NCBI GenBank assembly: GCA_963674595.2
Contig: CAXXFV010000003.1
Location: forward strand, 256,001-320,000
DNA length: 64,000 nucleotides
Direction of reading: 5' to 3'
Source: a bacterium
Lineage (GTDB): Bacteria; Zhuqueibacterota; Zhuqueibacteria; Residuimicrobiales; Krinioviventaceae
Position numbers and translations under genes: made by a program. This document shows positions 34,427 through 45,037 of the stretch, piece after piece (position 1 is the first letter of the stretch; every line of letters begins with the position of its first letter). The notes beneath the pieces were generated by a model. The model was not told the DNA's origin. It did not search any database and saw only the letters and a program-made list of their open reading frames with translations.

Positions 34427-34894
34427 CTATATTCGAAATTTATCTTTTAATTCTCGCTGAGCATCCCTGTTGGCGTCACGTTTGGCAATATCCCTGCGTT
34501 TATCATGTAGTTGTTTTCCACGCGCTAACGCCAGTTCAATTTTAACCAAATTTTTACTAAAATATAATTTTAGCGGTACCAGGGTCATCCCCTTTTCTTC
34601 AATTTTACCAATCAGTCTTTTAATTTCTCTTTTATGTAAAAGCAATTTGCGGTTTCGTAACGGATCATGGTTATAAATCGTGCCATGCTGGTAAGGGCTG
34701 ATATGCATATTAACAACCCACAATTCTCCCCGGTCAGCTTTTACATAACTGTCCTTAAAATTTGCACGTCCGTCACGCAACGCCTTGACTTCCGTACCGG
34801 CAAGAACAATTCCCGCTTCCAGTCTTTCCACAATCTCATAATCGTGAAACGCTTTACGATTTATAATTATGGATTTTTCACTTTTATTTTTCAA
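34427..34894 (-). CDS. smpB: SsrA-binding protein
   Basis: NRKAFHDY, EAGIVLAGTEVKALR, RKLLLHKREI, GKQLHDKR; TTG start. Confidence 0.97.
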   Translation of the reverse strand: MKNKSEKSIIINRKAFHDYEIVERLEAGIVLAGTEVKALRDGRANFKDSYVKADRGELWVVNMHISPYQHGTIYNHDPLRNRKLLLHKREIKRLIGKIEEKGMTLVPLKLYFSKNLVKIELALARGKQLHDKRRDIAKRDANRDAQRELKDKFRI

Positions 34895-35102
34895 AATGAC
34901 CTTATCTTTTTTTTATTAGCAGATAATCCTTGGATTGTCTAAATTATAATAGCTTAATTTATAATAGACAAAAAATTTAGTCAAGATATAAAAGTAAAAT
35001 TTTCAAAACATAAATGCAAGTAAAAGCTTTTTATTAAACTATTTGTAGATAAAGAGCTTGCATTTTAGAATCTTTTTTAATACATTTCCTACCGTTTAAA
35101 AT

Positions 35103-35186
35103 GCCGAAGTGGTGAAATTGGTAGACGCGCACGGTTCAGGGCCGTGTGGGCGCAAGCCCATGTGGGTTCGAGTCCCACCTTCGGCA
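35103..35186 (+). tRNA. tRNA-Leu (CAG), CCA not encoded
   Basis: GCCGAAG acceptor stem, CACGG-TTCAGGG-CCGTG anticodon arm, long variable arm, GGTTCGAGTCC. Confidence 0.96.
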
Positions 35187-35193
35187 CTTTTGG

Positions 35194-35227
35194 AAAAGGT
35201 TTGAATAATAATTCAGACCTTTTGTTT
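35194..35227 (+). terminator. Terminator after tRNA-Leu
   Basis: AAAAGGTTTGAAT-4nt-ATTCAGACCTTTT. Confidence 0.7.
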
Positions 35228-35283
35228 TGTAATTATTTCCAGATTTAATTCCCCTATTACCATTCTAAAAGATAAAAACCATT

Positions 35284-36394
35284 ATGACAGAAACCATTAC
35301 AACAGGCATATTTAACAAAACAGAAAACGGGGCAGGATACCTTCGTAAACCGGAAAACTCTTTCATGCCGGACGAAACCGATGTTTTTGTTCCTAAAGAG
35401 ATTGTTGATAAATGCCAACTCGTTGACGGCGCAACAGTGACCGGTCCTTTTAAAGAGGATGAAAAAAAACCGACATTAATTTCCGTTTCCAAAATATGCA
35501 ATCTTTCTATTGAAAAATTTATTAAGAGGAAACCCTACAACAGATTACCTGCAATTTCGCCCAATAAAAGATGTTTGCTATCAACATCTGGTGACAAAAG
35601 CATGCGTGTTCTTGACCTTATTACACCAATAGGTAAAGGGACTCGCGGATTGATTGTTTCTCCACCCAAATCAGGAAAAACAACAATATTACAAAAAATT
35701 GCACAATCCATTTGTAAAAAAGACCCTTCGGTAAAAATTATTATACTGTTAATAGACGAACGTCCTGAAGAAGTTACATGGTTTAGAAGGTCCGTCAACG
35801 CAACTGTTTTAGCATCATCCAGTGATCAAAGCGTTAAAGACCATACCTATTTAGTTGAATTGACAATGGGTTATATTCAAACCGAGCTTGAATGCGGGCA
35901 TGATGTTGTGGTATTGGTGGATAGTTTAACACGAATGGGAAGAGCTTTTAATCTAACCAGTAAAGACAGGGGGACGAACTCTTTCAGGTGGTGTTGGTAT
36001 TCGAGCGCTTGAAATTCCAAGACGCTTTTTTGGAATGGCACGTCAAATTGAAGGCGGCGGTTCGGTTACAATTCTTGCAACAGCATTGATTGAAACCGGC
36101 TCACGAATGGACCAATATATTTTTGAAGAATTTAAAGGTACCGGAAACAGTGAAATAGTTTTGGACCGTTCTCTTTCAGAACATAGAATTTTTCCCGCTA
36201 TTGATATTTTGTCCAGCAGCAGCAGACGCGAGGAAAGGTTGTATACTCAAAATGAATATGAAAAAATCATAAAATTACGGCGAGCTCTTTCCTCTCTTAC
36301 ACCTTCAGAAGCAATGAACACCGTATTAAATATGATTAAAAAAACAAAAAATAATACACAATTGATAAATTCGATTGAAAAATATTTGCAATAG
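35284..36394 (+). pseudogene. rho: Transcription termination factor Rho, short form, split by a +1 frameshift in G5 (35969-35973); may be an assembly error
   Basis: GYLR...DVFV RNA-binding domain, PIGKGTRGLIVSPPKSGKT, LIDERPEEVT, DSLTR; removing one G gives GRTLSGGVGIRALEIPRRFFGMAR, joining ORF 36035..36394 (ATALIETGSRMD, EEFKGTGN). Confidence 0.9.
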
Positions 36395-36429
36395 AAATAT
36401 TACATTTTATTACAAAAATCCCGGTTCCT

Positions 36430-38284
36430 TTGAACACTTATAAACACCTTTACATATTCTTAGTATCAGGTTTGTTATTAAACTGGAATACTCTTGTTTC
36501 TGCTCAATCTCAATTCAAATCCCAAATTAAACCTGCATCTATTTTAGGATATTCGATACCGATCGTTTATCCGCATCCTCAAAAGTTAATTTTTTCAGAC
36601 TCACTTTTTTGTTTTGAAAAACCAACGGAAAAATCCGGACTCGATATTTTTGCTCCTGCCCAGCTACAATCATCTTTAAAATTTGTTGTAAACGAATCAT
36701 CACAGGGAAACACAGACCTGGTGTTTCGCTATCATTTGTTATCAGATTCCACTGTTAAAATCAATTCACCAAAAGTTCTGTTCAAAGTAACAAACAAACC
36801 ATCGGATGAACAATCTTACCAAATCTCTGTAAAAATTACGGAAAACACTGTCTTAATAGATATATCCGGAGATGAAACCGGTTGTATTTATGGCGCCATC
36901 ACTCTGGTCCGGCTAATTAAAAAAATCAACGGGAACTGGTATTTACCCATTGTCCGTATACAGGATTCACCGACATTTAAACAACGCATTTTTTGCGGTT
37001 CACCGAATTCAGAAAACGTAGAACAGATGCTTTCCTGGATGCTTTTTCAAAAGATGGATTGCCTGGCATTAGCGTCACGTAACATGACAAACTGGTGGGA
37101 AGCGGATTCCAATTTTACAGAATTATTGGACAGAATTCATCATTGGAAAACCAATATCCCCGCTTTTCATATTATGACCATGCATAATATATATGAAGGG
37201 AAAAAGATTGAAATCAGTAATCCGTCGCACAGACTTTTATTGAAAAAAAAGCTGGAACATGAATTAATACATGGTATTGACCGTATTATGATTTGTGCGG
37301 ATGATCTGGCCCCTTTTGACGTTACAAAAGGATATTTCCTTGAATCAGAAAATGACCAAAAAATGTTTTCCTCCATGGCAGAGGCGCATTGTTTTTTAAT
37401 GAAAGATATTGCCGACTGGTTGGTTGCGTCAGGATATAACTGTGAACTATATTTCTGCCCGGCGTTTTATACCTTTGAAGACATGCATTATGGGCTGTTG
37501 AGCTTGTATAAAAATACACCCTGGGGTGAAGAAATATTTAGAATACTGGAACAACATTTAGGTTATATCGGACAAAATATGCCGGAAAATGTCAAAATTA
37601 TTTGGACCGGCCCGAATGTGCGTTCGAGAAAAATTTCGCAAACAGACATTGACGAGTGGAAAAGTTTATTAAACGGAAGGCTTCCGTTTTTATGGGATAA
37701 TACACTATACAGCCATCACCCTTTTACAGCAACGCCTCTTTTTACCGCCTATAGCAATGATTTCCCGGATGAATTTAATTACCAAACAGATTCCAAAGGG
37801 ATGTATCTGAACGGTGATATTACGAACGAATTATATAAAATTCCCTGTATGACGGCAAATGATTATCTTTGGAATCCCGCAGACTTTAGTCCGAAAAAAT
37901 CACTGGAAAAGGCCCTGTCTCTTACCTATGGAGATAAAGCCGTAGAACCGATTTTAAATTTCAAAAAAGCTGAATTATCATTGAGGCGCCTAAACGGCGA
38001 AAAATCATTAAAACCGGCAATTGATTCGTTGTGGGCTAGAATTGTTGATGTAAAAAAAATTACACAAAAAAAATCCCGATTATTATCATTACATCTATTC
38101 AACTCTCAAAACAGCACGTTTTCAGCTAATAGCGTCCTTGGAAGATTCAACCCAACACACAACATTGAAAGAATCATCCACAGTTTATATTCACCAAAGA
38201 AATGAGGCACTGAACAAGTTAAAGGAACTGGGCCTTGTTAATTTGGCTAAAACACTGGAAAAAGATATGCTGACGACACCTTAA
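36430..38284 (+). CDS. GH84-like beta-N-acetylglucosaminidase/hyaluronidase with GH20-domain-2 N-terminus; probable +1 frameshift in A8 (38066-38073)
   Basis: EQSYQI, IQDSPTFKQR, CADD, FCPAFY, IWTGPNV, PFLWDN, DYLWNP; ORF as read ends at 38205, alternative frame continues KNPDYYHY...KDMLTTP* to 38284. Confidence 0.75.
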
Positions 38285-38344
38285 AACAGTGTATTTTTCA
38301 GCACGATCCACCTTATAACATGTAATATTAGCCAAAGGTATATT

Positions 38345-39817
38345 ATGAGAAAATATATTTCAATATCGCTCATACTAATATGTCTACCATATCTAGTTTA
38401 CAGTCAAAATCATCAAACAACACCAACACAATTAATTCAATTGCATTTAACAGCAAATGACTATAAACCGTTGAGGGAAGCCAAAATAAAATTAATTCCC
38501 GGATTTGATGACAGTCTTTGTTATGCTGCCGTTACTGAAATAGAAGCAGCATTGTTAAAAGAAAGAGGTTACAAATTCGAATTAATCATGGCTTCGGCCC
38601 AAAAAACTGATTTGTATAAACGGGCTCTTTATGGTGAATCCATGAAGCTGGATCCTGTTTACCATACCTATGAAGAAATTATTAGCGAAATAAATTCTTA
38701 TGAAAAAAAATACCCAAACCTTATTTCAAAAAAAATAATCGGCCGGACATCTCAGGAAAAACGGGATATTTATGCCTTAAAAATTTCCGACAATGTTCAA
38801 AGAAAAGAAGATGAACCATCGATTCTGTTTACAGCAGCCATTCACTCCGATGAGCTCCCCGGTGTTGAAATTTGTATGACATTAATAAACAACCTGCTTG
38901 AGAATTATAACAAAGACCCAAAAATAACGGACTGGGTCAATAATTATGAAATATGGTTTGTTCCGGTTTTAAATGTAGACGGTCATCACGTTGTCACGTC
39001 CAACATAAACCCACGGTGGCGTAAAAACACACGTGATAACAATAATAATGGTATTCTATATGAAAAAAGCGACGGCATTGATCTGAACAGAAATTTTGAC
39101 TATAACTGGGCCCATGGCGGCAGTTCAGATAGTACAAGCGCCCGGTATCGCGGCGAAATGCCATTTTCAGAATCAGAGTGTACGGCATTTGCAAAATTTG
39201 CAGCCGAACAAAAATTTGTACTATCCATAACCTATCACAGCCAGGGGGAGGTCATTTTTTACCCATGGGATTGGGAAGGCATAAAAGCCCCGGACAATGC
39301 TGTTTTGACAAAAATTGCAAATGGACTCGGTAAAAACATTCGTACAATTAAAGGAGATACAACCTATGTCCCGCATTATGGCGCTGCCAAAGTAGGACAA
39401 ACCTATAGCTGGTTGTATGGTAAAATCGGCACATTTGACTTTGTTATTGAAACCGGAAAAAACAGACACATCTTTCCCCCCGATATATTACAAAACATTG
39501 TAAACAACAATCTTCAAGGTGCATTTTATATTCTTGATTGTTTAAAAGGGCCCGGATTGACAGGTCTAGTTACGGATGCCAAAACAGGAAAACCTCTTGA
39601 GGCTGAAATAAGGCTTCCGGATATTGATACGCAAGTGTTAACCAATAGAACGTCTTCAAAAACATTCGGCCGCTTTTACCGTCTGTTGACACCTGGCTCC
39701 TATCGAATGATTATCTCCAAACAAGGGTATAAACCGGTCATATTAGATAATGTCTCGGTAAATGATAAAAATTGGACAACGTTGAATATTCAACTTGAAT
39801 CCGTTAAAAACAAATAA
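38345..39817 (+). CDS. M14 zinc carboxypeptidase with C-terminal carboxypeptidase-regulatory domain
   Basis: YHTYEE, HSDE, WRKN, GIDLNRNF, TYHS, ETG; signal peptide. Confidence 0.92.
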   Translation: MRKYISISLILICLPYLVYSQNHQTTPTQLIQLHLTANDYKPLREAKIKLIPGFDDSLCYAAVTEIEAALLKERGYKFELIMASAQKTDLYKRALYGESMKLDPVYHTYEEIISEINSYEKKYPNLISKKIIGRTSQEKRDIYALKISDNVQRKEDEPSILFTAAIHSDELPGVEICMTLINNLLENYNKDPKITDWVNNYEIWFVPVLNVDGHHVVTSNINPRWRKNTRDNNNNGILYEKSDGIDLNRNFDYNWAHGGSSDSTSARYRGEMPFSESECTAFAKFAAEQKFVLSITYHSQGEVIFYPWDWEGIKAPDNAVLTKIANGLGKNIRTIKGDTTYVPHYGAAKVGQTYSWLYGKIGTFDFVIETGKNRHIFPPDILQNIVNNNLQGAFYILDCLKGPGLTGLVTDAKTGKPLEAEIRLPDIDTQVLTNRTSSKTFGRFYRLLTPGSYRMIISKQGYKPVILDNVSVNDKNWTTLNIQLESVKNK

Positions 39818-39863
39818 TATATTAAGTTTTGCAAAAACCTGATATTTAAAATGGTGAGGAAAA

Positions 39864-41727
39864 ATGAAACGTACAAAAGTATTGTTCAGATTTATATTGT
39901 TTGGACTTTTTTGTGCAGGCTTGTTAGCAGGTTGCGGAAGTTCAAAACAAACACCGGATGACATTTTTGAATATACAAAAACCAGGCAAAACGACCTTCA
40001 GCTTGGTATTTATCTCACGGCAGATGCCATTACAGAACAACTAAATACCGAATACGGTCGCCGCGAAGCTATCTCAATCTTTCGTCTTAATGGTATAACA
40101 ACAGCCTATATTGAAGTATACCGTGGCGGCATCACGGTTGATACGGATTTGTTAAAAACAGTCCGTGATTTTTTTATAAAAAATGGTGTTAAAGTTGTCG
40201 GCGGTATAGCCACCGTACCAGGAGAAAATTTTGGAGTTCACCAGGAGGGTAAACTCAGCTGGTTCAACTGGCAAAATAACAAAACACAACAAGACCTGGA
40301 AAAAATAATTCGATCCTCAGCCAAAATATTTGATACATTTATAATAGATGATTTTTTATGCACGGCAGATACAAGCTCTGAATCTGTAAAAGCAAAAGGT
40401 GAAAAAAGCTGGTCACAATACAGAATGGACCTGCTTTCCGGTCTTTCCAAAACACTTTTTATTGACCCGGCCAAAGAGGAAAATCCTGAAATTTCCATGA
40501 TCATAAAATTTCCACAATGGTATGACCGTTTTCAATTATTCGGCTATGATGTTGTCAGAGAACCACAGGTTTTTGATCAGGTCTTTGTCGGTACGGAAAC
40601 ACGAGGTCAGTTTACTCAACGCTACGGATTCGTTCAACCTTACGAAGGATTCATCAGTTTTCGCTGGATGAAATCATTGACCGGGGAAAAATTAAAAGGA
40701 GCCTGGTTCGACCATGGAGATTGTGAAGAATATTACGATTTTGTCGAACAGGCCTATCAAACAGTCCTTGCCGGTGCACAAAACATTGTATTATTTAATT
40801 ATTTCGATTTTATTCTCGGAAACCAGGGAGACTATTATCTGAGAAAAGACTTTCCGATATTGGCAGACCTGGCAAAATTTGTTCAACAAAACCCGGTAAA
40901 AGGAACTGTCGGGTACAAGCCCCCACAGAGTGATGCCGGAGGGAATTTATATATTATGGATTATATTGGCATGTTGGGCGCACCATTGGTCCCTTCTGCA
41001 ACATATCCCCGGGAAGCTGACGTTGTATTTTTGGGTACACAAGCCGCAGCAGATGCTGATATTTACCAAAAAGTCAAACAATCCGTTGCCGATAAAAAAA
41101 CTATTATCATGACACCCGGATTTATTGCCAATGCGAACAACAGCAAGGAACTTGCAGAAATGGCCGGTCTAAAATATCCGGTTACGTTAGAGCCGTTTAA
41201 AGCCAACTTTATAATGCAAAAAATTCAGGTACAACGTATCCGTCTCGGTCTTGATATGGAAGCCAAGCTGGAAACGACTGATGCTAAAGCATTGCTGAAT
41301 GCCAGAGAAGCCGGTGCAAAGGTCCCATTTCTTACACACCGCGTGATTGACGGAGCAAATATTTACGTTTTAAATGCACATACATTTTCTCAAATTGACT
41401 TTGATCGTGTAAATGAAGTGCTGCTGGCCCCAAAACCACTAGGTTTAATAGAGATGCCGAAAAATTGGGCAAATTTCGTACGGTCAGTGTTTAATGATCC
41501 TCTTAATATAAGTATGGATGCAGAAACACGAATCTGTATACAGCCCCTTGGAGATAAAGGATTATTTGTACATAATTATAATATGCGGGATAAAACAGCT
41601 AGAATAAAAACATCCCATAAAAAAATCATGGAAAAACAAACTCACAGGCGCCGAAATAAAAACAAACGATGGTGAATTTGAAATAACCATTCCGGCACGC
41701 TCCAGAATGTGGTTGATCAAAAATTAG
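39864..41727 (+). CDS. Uncharacterised lipoprotein, putative glycoside-hydrolase-like fold; probable +1 frameshift in A7 (41619-41625)
   Basis: Lipobox LAGC; IIDDF, IIKFPQWY, VGTETR, GAWFD; ORF as read ends at 41675, alternative frame gives SWKNKLTGAEI...ITIPARSRMWLIKN* at 41727. Confidence 0.65.
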
Positions 41728-41728
41728 T

Positions 41729-42952
41729 CTATAAAAACAGTAAACGACAAATAAATATTGCTGCCAAAATGCCGGCAGCATCAGCAATAAGGCCCGCCGG
41801 AATAGCAAAGCGGGTCTTTTTTATTTGTACCGCGCCAAAATAAACAGCTATAACATAAAAAGTAGTTTCAGTACAGCCGTAAATCGTTGATGCCAGTTGT
41901 CCAATAAAAGAATCAGGTCCATGGGTTTCTAAAAGTTCTGTAATAATGCCCAGGGTTCCACTGCCGGATAAAGGCCGCATCAGTGCTGCCGGTAAAATTT
42001 CTGCCGGCATACCCAAAAGATTTGTTAAGGGCGTGAGAGCCTTGACAAAAACGGCCATAGCCCCGGAAGCCCGGAACATCCCAATTGCCACCAGAATAGC
42101 AACCAGAAAAGGAATAATTCTTACGGCAACCTGAAATCCTTCTTTGGCACCTTCAACAAAAACCTCATAAACCTTGACCTTTTTAATAAACGCTAGTAAG
42201 GGGATTAAAAGCAGAATAACCGGAATCATCCATTTTGAAATAAACATAATAACGGATTTGAAAGGAATGAACGAACGAAAAGCGGCAAAAAAATCAAATT
42301 TTACAGCGAGAACAATGAATATTAAAAATGCTGAAAGGATTAACAAATTTTTTATCAGTTTATTACCGGTTTTTTCTTTACGGCTGAAAAATACAAATGT
42401 TTTTACAGCGATTACAGCCGTAATCGTCGCTATAAGTGAAGCAAAAATAGTTGTTCCGATAATTTGCTCAGGAGCTTGCGATTTTAATCCGGCCCGAACG
42501 GCAATAATTGTCATTGGAATGAGGGTAATACTCGCTGTGTTTAATGCCAGAAACATAATCATGGAATCTGTGGCAGTATCCTTGTCCTCATTTAAGGTTT
42601 GCAATTCTTCCATCGCTTTTATACCAAAAGGAGTTGCCGCGTTTCCAAGGCCCAGCCAGTTAGCTGAAATATTTAAAAATATGGCGCCCAAAGCCGGATG
42701 CTCATCCGGTACATCCGGAAACAGTTTCCTGGCGACAGGTTTTAGCACTCTCGCCAGCATTTTGATAAAACCGGCCTCTTCTGCTATTTTCATAACTCCA
42801 AGCCATAATGTCATAATGCCGATAAGACTAATGGCAATGTTAACGGCTGTAGAAGCAGATTCGAATGCGCTCTTGGTAACAGATTCAATATTTCCGGTAA
42901 AAACAGCCGTAACAATAGCAATGACTAAAAGGGCCAACCATACGTAATTCAT
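41729..42952 (-). CDS. SpmA-SpmB fusion (nucleoside-recognition/Gate domain membrane protein)
   Basis: MNYVW, LWLGVMKIAE, ANWLGLGNAATPFGIKAM, FVEGAKEG, MRPLSGSG, TETTFYVIAVYFG. Confidence 0.9.
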   Translation of the reverse strand: MNYVWLALLVIAIVTAVFTGNIESVTKSAFESASTAVNIAISLIGIMTLWLGVMKIAEEAGFIKMLARVLKPVARKLFPDVPDEHPALGAIFLNISANWLGLGNAATPFGIKAMEELQTLNEDKDTATDSMIMFLALNTASITLIPMTIIAVRAGLKSQAPEQIIGTTIFASLIATITAVIAVKTFVFFSRKEKTGNKLIKNLLILSAFLIFIVLAVKFDFFAAFRSFIPFKSVIMFISKWMIPVILLLIPLLAFIKKVKVYEVFVEGAKEGFQVAVRIIPFLVAILVAIGMFRASGAMAVFVKALTPLTNLLGMPAEILPAALMRPLSGSGTLGIITELLETHGPDSFIGQLASTIYGCTETTFYVIAVYFGAVQIKKTRFAIPAGLIADAAGILAAIFICRLLFL

Positions 42953-43114
42953 AGTACTCTATAGTTTTAGTGAGGTTTATAATTTTGTCAAGATAGTAAA
43001 TATAAATCAAAGATCAAACAGATTGTGAAATAAAAATCCTTGTTTCATTCATTTCTAGTTTGTAAATTTGCCCCATAAACAATTTTGATTTTAACATTCT
43101 AAAGGAGGAATAAA

Positions 43115-43300
43115 ATGAAAGCTGTTGTTGATGCCGATCTTTGTACCGGTTGTGAATTATGCGTTGATACATGTCCGGAAGTTTTTGAAATGGAAGACGA
43201 TGTTGCAGTTGCAATATCCGGCGCTATCCCTGCTGATGCAGAAGATGCGGCACAAGAAGCTGCAGATACCTGTCCGGCAGAAGCTATTACAATTGAATAA
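43115..43300 (+). CDS. Single-cluster [4Fe-4S] ferredoxin
   Basis: CTGCELCVDTCP...CPAEAI; RBS AAGGAGG. Confidence 0.93.
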   Translation: MKAVVDADLCTGCELCVDTCPEVFEMEDDVAVAISGAIPADAEDAAQEAADTCPAEAITIE

Positions 43301-43321
43301 GTTTTAGACCTTAGATGATAT

Positions 43322-43356
43322 AAAAGGGTTGTTTTTTATAAAACCACCCTTTTTCA
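43322..43356 (+). terminator. Terminator after the ferredoxin gene
   Basis: AAAAGGGT...ACCCTTTT imperfect hairpin. Confidence 0.55.
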
Positions 43357-43419
43357 TTTTCCATTATCCCATTCCTTACCTGATTACTCTTAAAATTTAT
43401 CCCGTTTTTTCAGAAAACA

Positions 43420-43475
43420 TTGACAATTTAACATTGAATTAGTATATTTGTTCTAAGAATTTGAACCGGTTTAAA
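43420..43475 (+). promoter_or_regulatory. Promoter and LacI-family operator of the hexuronate operon
   Basis: TTGACA(43420)-17-TATATT(43443); near-palindrome TTTGAACCGGTTTAAA at 43460-43475. Confidence 0.8.
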
Positions 43476-43493
43476 AACTCACTGGAGGGCATA

Positions 43494-44483
43494 ATGCAGC
43501 CTATCAAATTATATCTTAAATTGTTTTCGATCTTATTGTTAGCCGTTTTTATTTTGTCAGGTTGCGGCACTAAAAGCAACGTTGTTTCATTAAAAATGGC
43601 TCATGGCCTGGATGTCAGTCATCCGGTTCACAAAGCTATGGTTTTTATGGCAGAGAAAGCCTGGGAAAAATCGGATTCAACATTAAAAGTTGATATCTAT
43701 CCAAGTGAACAATTGGGAAATGAAAAAGAGTGTATTGAACAACTGCAACTGGGAAGCCTGGCAATGACCAAAGTCTCCAGCAGCCCCCTGGAGAGTTTTA
43801 TTCCGAAATTAAAAGTATTGGCCCTCCCCTATTTGTTCCGAGATGCCGAACATAAATGGAACGTATTTAACGGACCGATTGGTAAAGAACTTTTATCTGC
43901 CGGTGAACCCGAAGGTTTAAAAGGATTATGTTTTTATGATGCAGGCGCCAGAAGTTTTTACACAACTTCTAAACCAATCCTGCACCCGGATGATCTGAAA
44001 GGTCTTAAAATAAGAACACAGCAAAGCCCGATGGCTATTAAAATGATCTCCACACTGGGCGGTTCAGCTACACCCATTTCATGGGGCGAACTTTATACCT
44101 CATTACAGCAGGGCGTTGTTGACGGTGCAGAAAACAATCAACCGAGTTTATACACCTCAAATCACTATGAAGTTTGTAAACATTATAGTCTGGATGAACA
44201 CACAATGGTTCCGGATATTGTTATGATCAGTACCATCGTGTGGAATCGTTTATCAGAGGCACATAAAAAAGCATTACAGGAAGCTATTGATGAATCCGTT
44301 CCCTATCAAATCAATCTTTGGAATGAGTTTGTTCGGGATGCAACAGATAAAATGGTGGCAAAAGGATTAAAAATATATAACCCGGATAAAGCCGCTTTTA
44401 TGGAACGAGCAAAAGAGATGTATAAAGAATTTGAAGGAACAGAAATCGGCGAACTGGCAAAACGTATTCAAAAAGTTGAGTAA
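43494..44483 (+). CDS. dctP: TRAP transporter substrate-binding lipoprotein (uronate-type)
   Basis: LSGC lipobox, YPSEQLGNEKE, FYDAGARSFY, KIRTQ, LQQGVVDGAENN; ATG 43494 with GGAGG RBS. Confidence 0.92.
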   Translation: MQPIKLYLKLFSILLLAVFILSGCGTKSNVVSLKMAHGLDVSHPVHKAMVFMAEKAWEKSDSTLKVDIYPSEQLGNEKECIEQLQLGSLAMTKVSSSPLESFIPKLKVLALPYLFRDAEHKWNVFNGPIGKELLSAGEPEGLKGLCFYDAGARSFYTTSKPILHPDDLKGLKIRTQQSPMAIKMISTLGGSATPISWGELYTSLQQGVVDGAENNQPSLYTSNHYEVCKHYSLDEHTMVPDIVMISTIVWNRLSEAHKKALQEAIDESVPYQINLWNEFVRDATDKMVAKGLKIYNPDKAAFMERAKEMYKEFEGTEIGELAKRIQKVE

Positions 44484-44486
44484 ATT

Positions 44487-45002
44487 ATGTGGATAAAAAT
44501 AAAATCTGCATTGGATAAATCACTGGAATGGTTAACGGCCATCCTCATGGCAGCATTAACCATTGATGTCACATGGCAGGTTATCACCAGATTTATTTTA
44601 AAAAACCCCAGTGACTGGACAGAAGAACTGGCCACGTTTCTTATGATTTGGGTTGGCTTATTGGGTGCAGCAGTTGCATTAAACAGAGGCGCCCACCTTG
44701 GCATAGATTATTTTGTGTCAAAATTCAAACCGGCTAACCGCCTGTTTACAGAGTTGTTTGTTCATCTGTCTGTAGGATTCTTTTCTGTTGGTGTTATGTT
44801 ATTAGGTGGTCTCAAGCTTGTTACTATAACCATGGCACGCGGACAGATTTCTCCGGCATTAAAAATCCCCATGGGATATGTTTATTTAGCAATACCCATT
44901 GCCGGATTTTTCTTAACATACTATAGTCTTGAATTTTTAATAGAAACAATAATAAAATTAAAGGCTAAAAATAAAAATGATGTTCCTTATGTAAAAATAT
45001 AA
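44487..45002 (+). CDS. dctQ: TRAP transporter small permease
   Basis: QVITRF...WTEELA...HLGID; 4 TM. Confidence 0.92.
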   Translation: MWIKIKSALDKSLEWLTAILMAALTIDVTWQVITRFILKNPSDWTEELATFLMIWVGLLGAAVALNRGAHLGIDYFVSKFKPANRLFTELFVHLSVGFFSVGVMLLGGLKLVTITMARGQISPALKIPMGYVYLAIPIAGFFLTYYSLEFLIETIIKLKAKNKNDVPYVKI

Positions 45003-45037
45003 TGTAATAACATTGACTCTTTAATAAAGGTTCTTCT

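Noticed and set aside
34895-35100. tmRNA gene near smpB
   Set aside because: No tRNA-like GGGG.../TCCACCA ends or tag frame seen; the region looks like divergent promoters only
42174-42947. 257-aa plus-strand ORF
   Set aside because: Antisense shadow of the well-conserved spmAB gene; no motifs
35103-42952. Possible genomic island integrated at tRNA-Leu
   Set aside because: No integrase and no repeated tRNA 3' end noticed by eye
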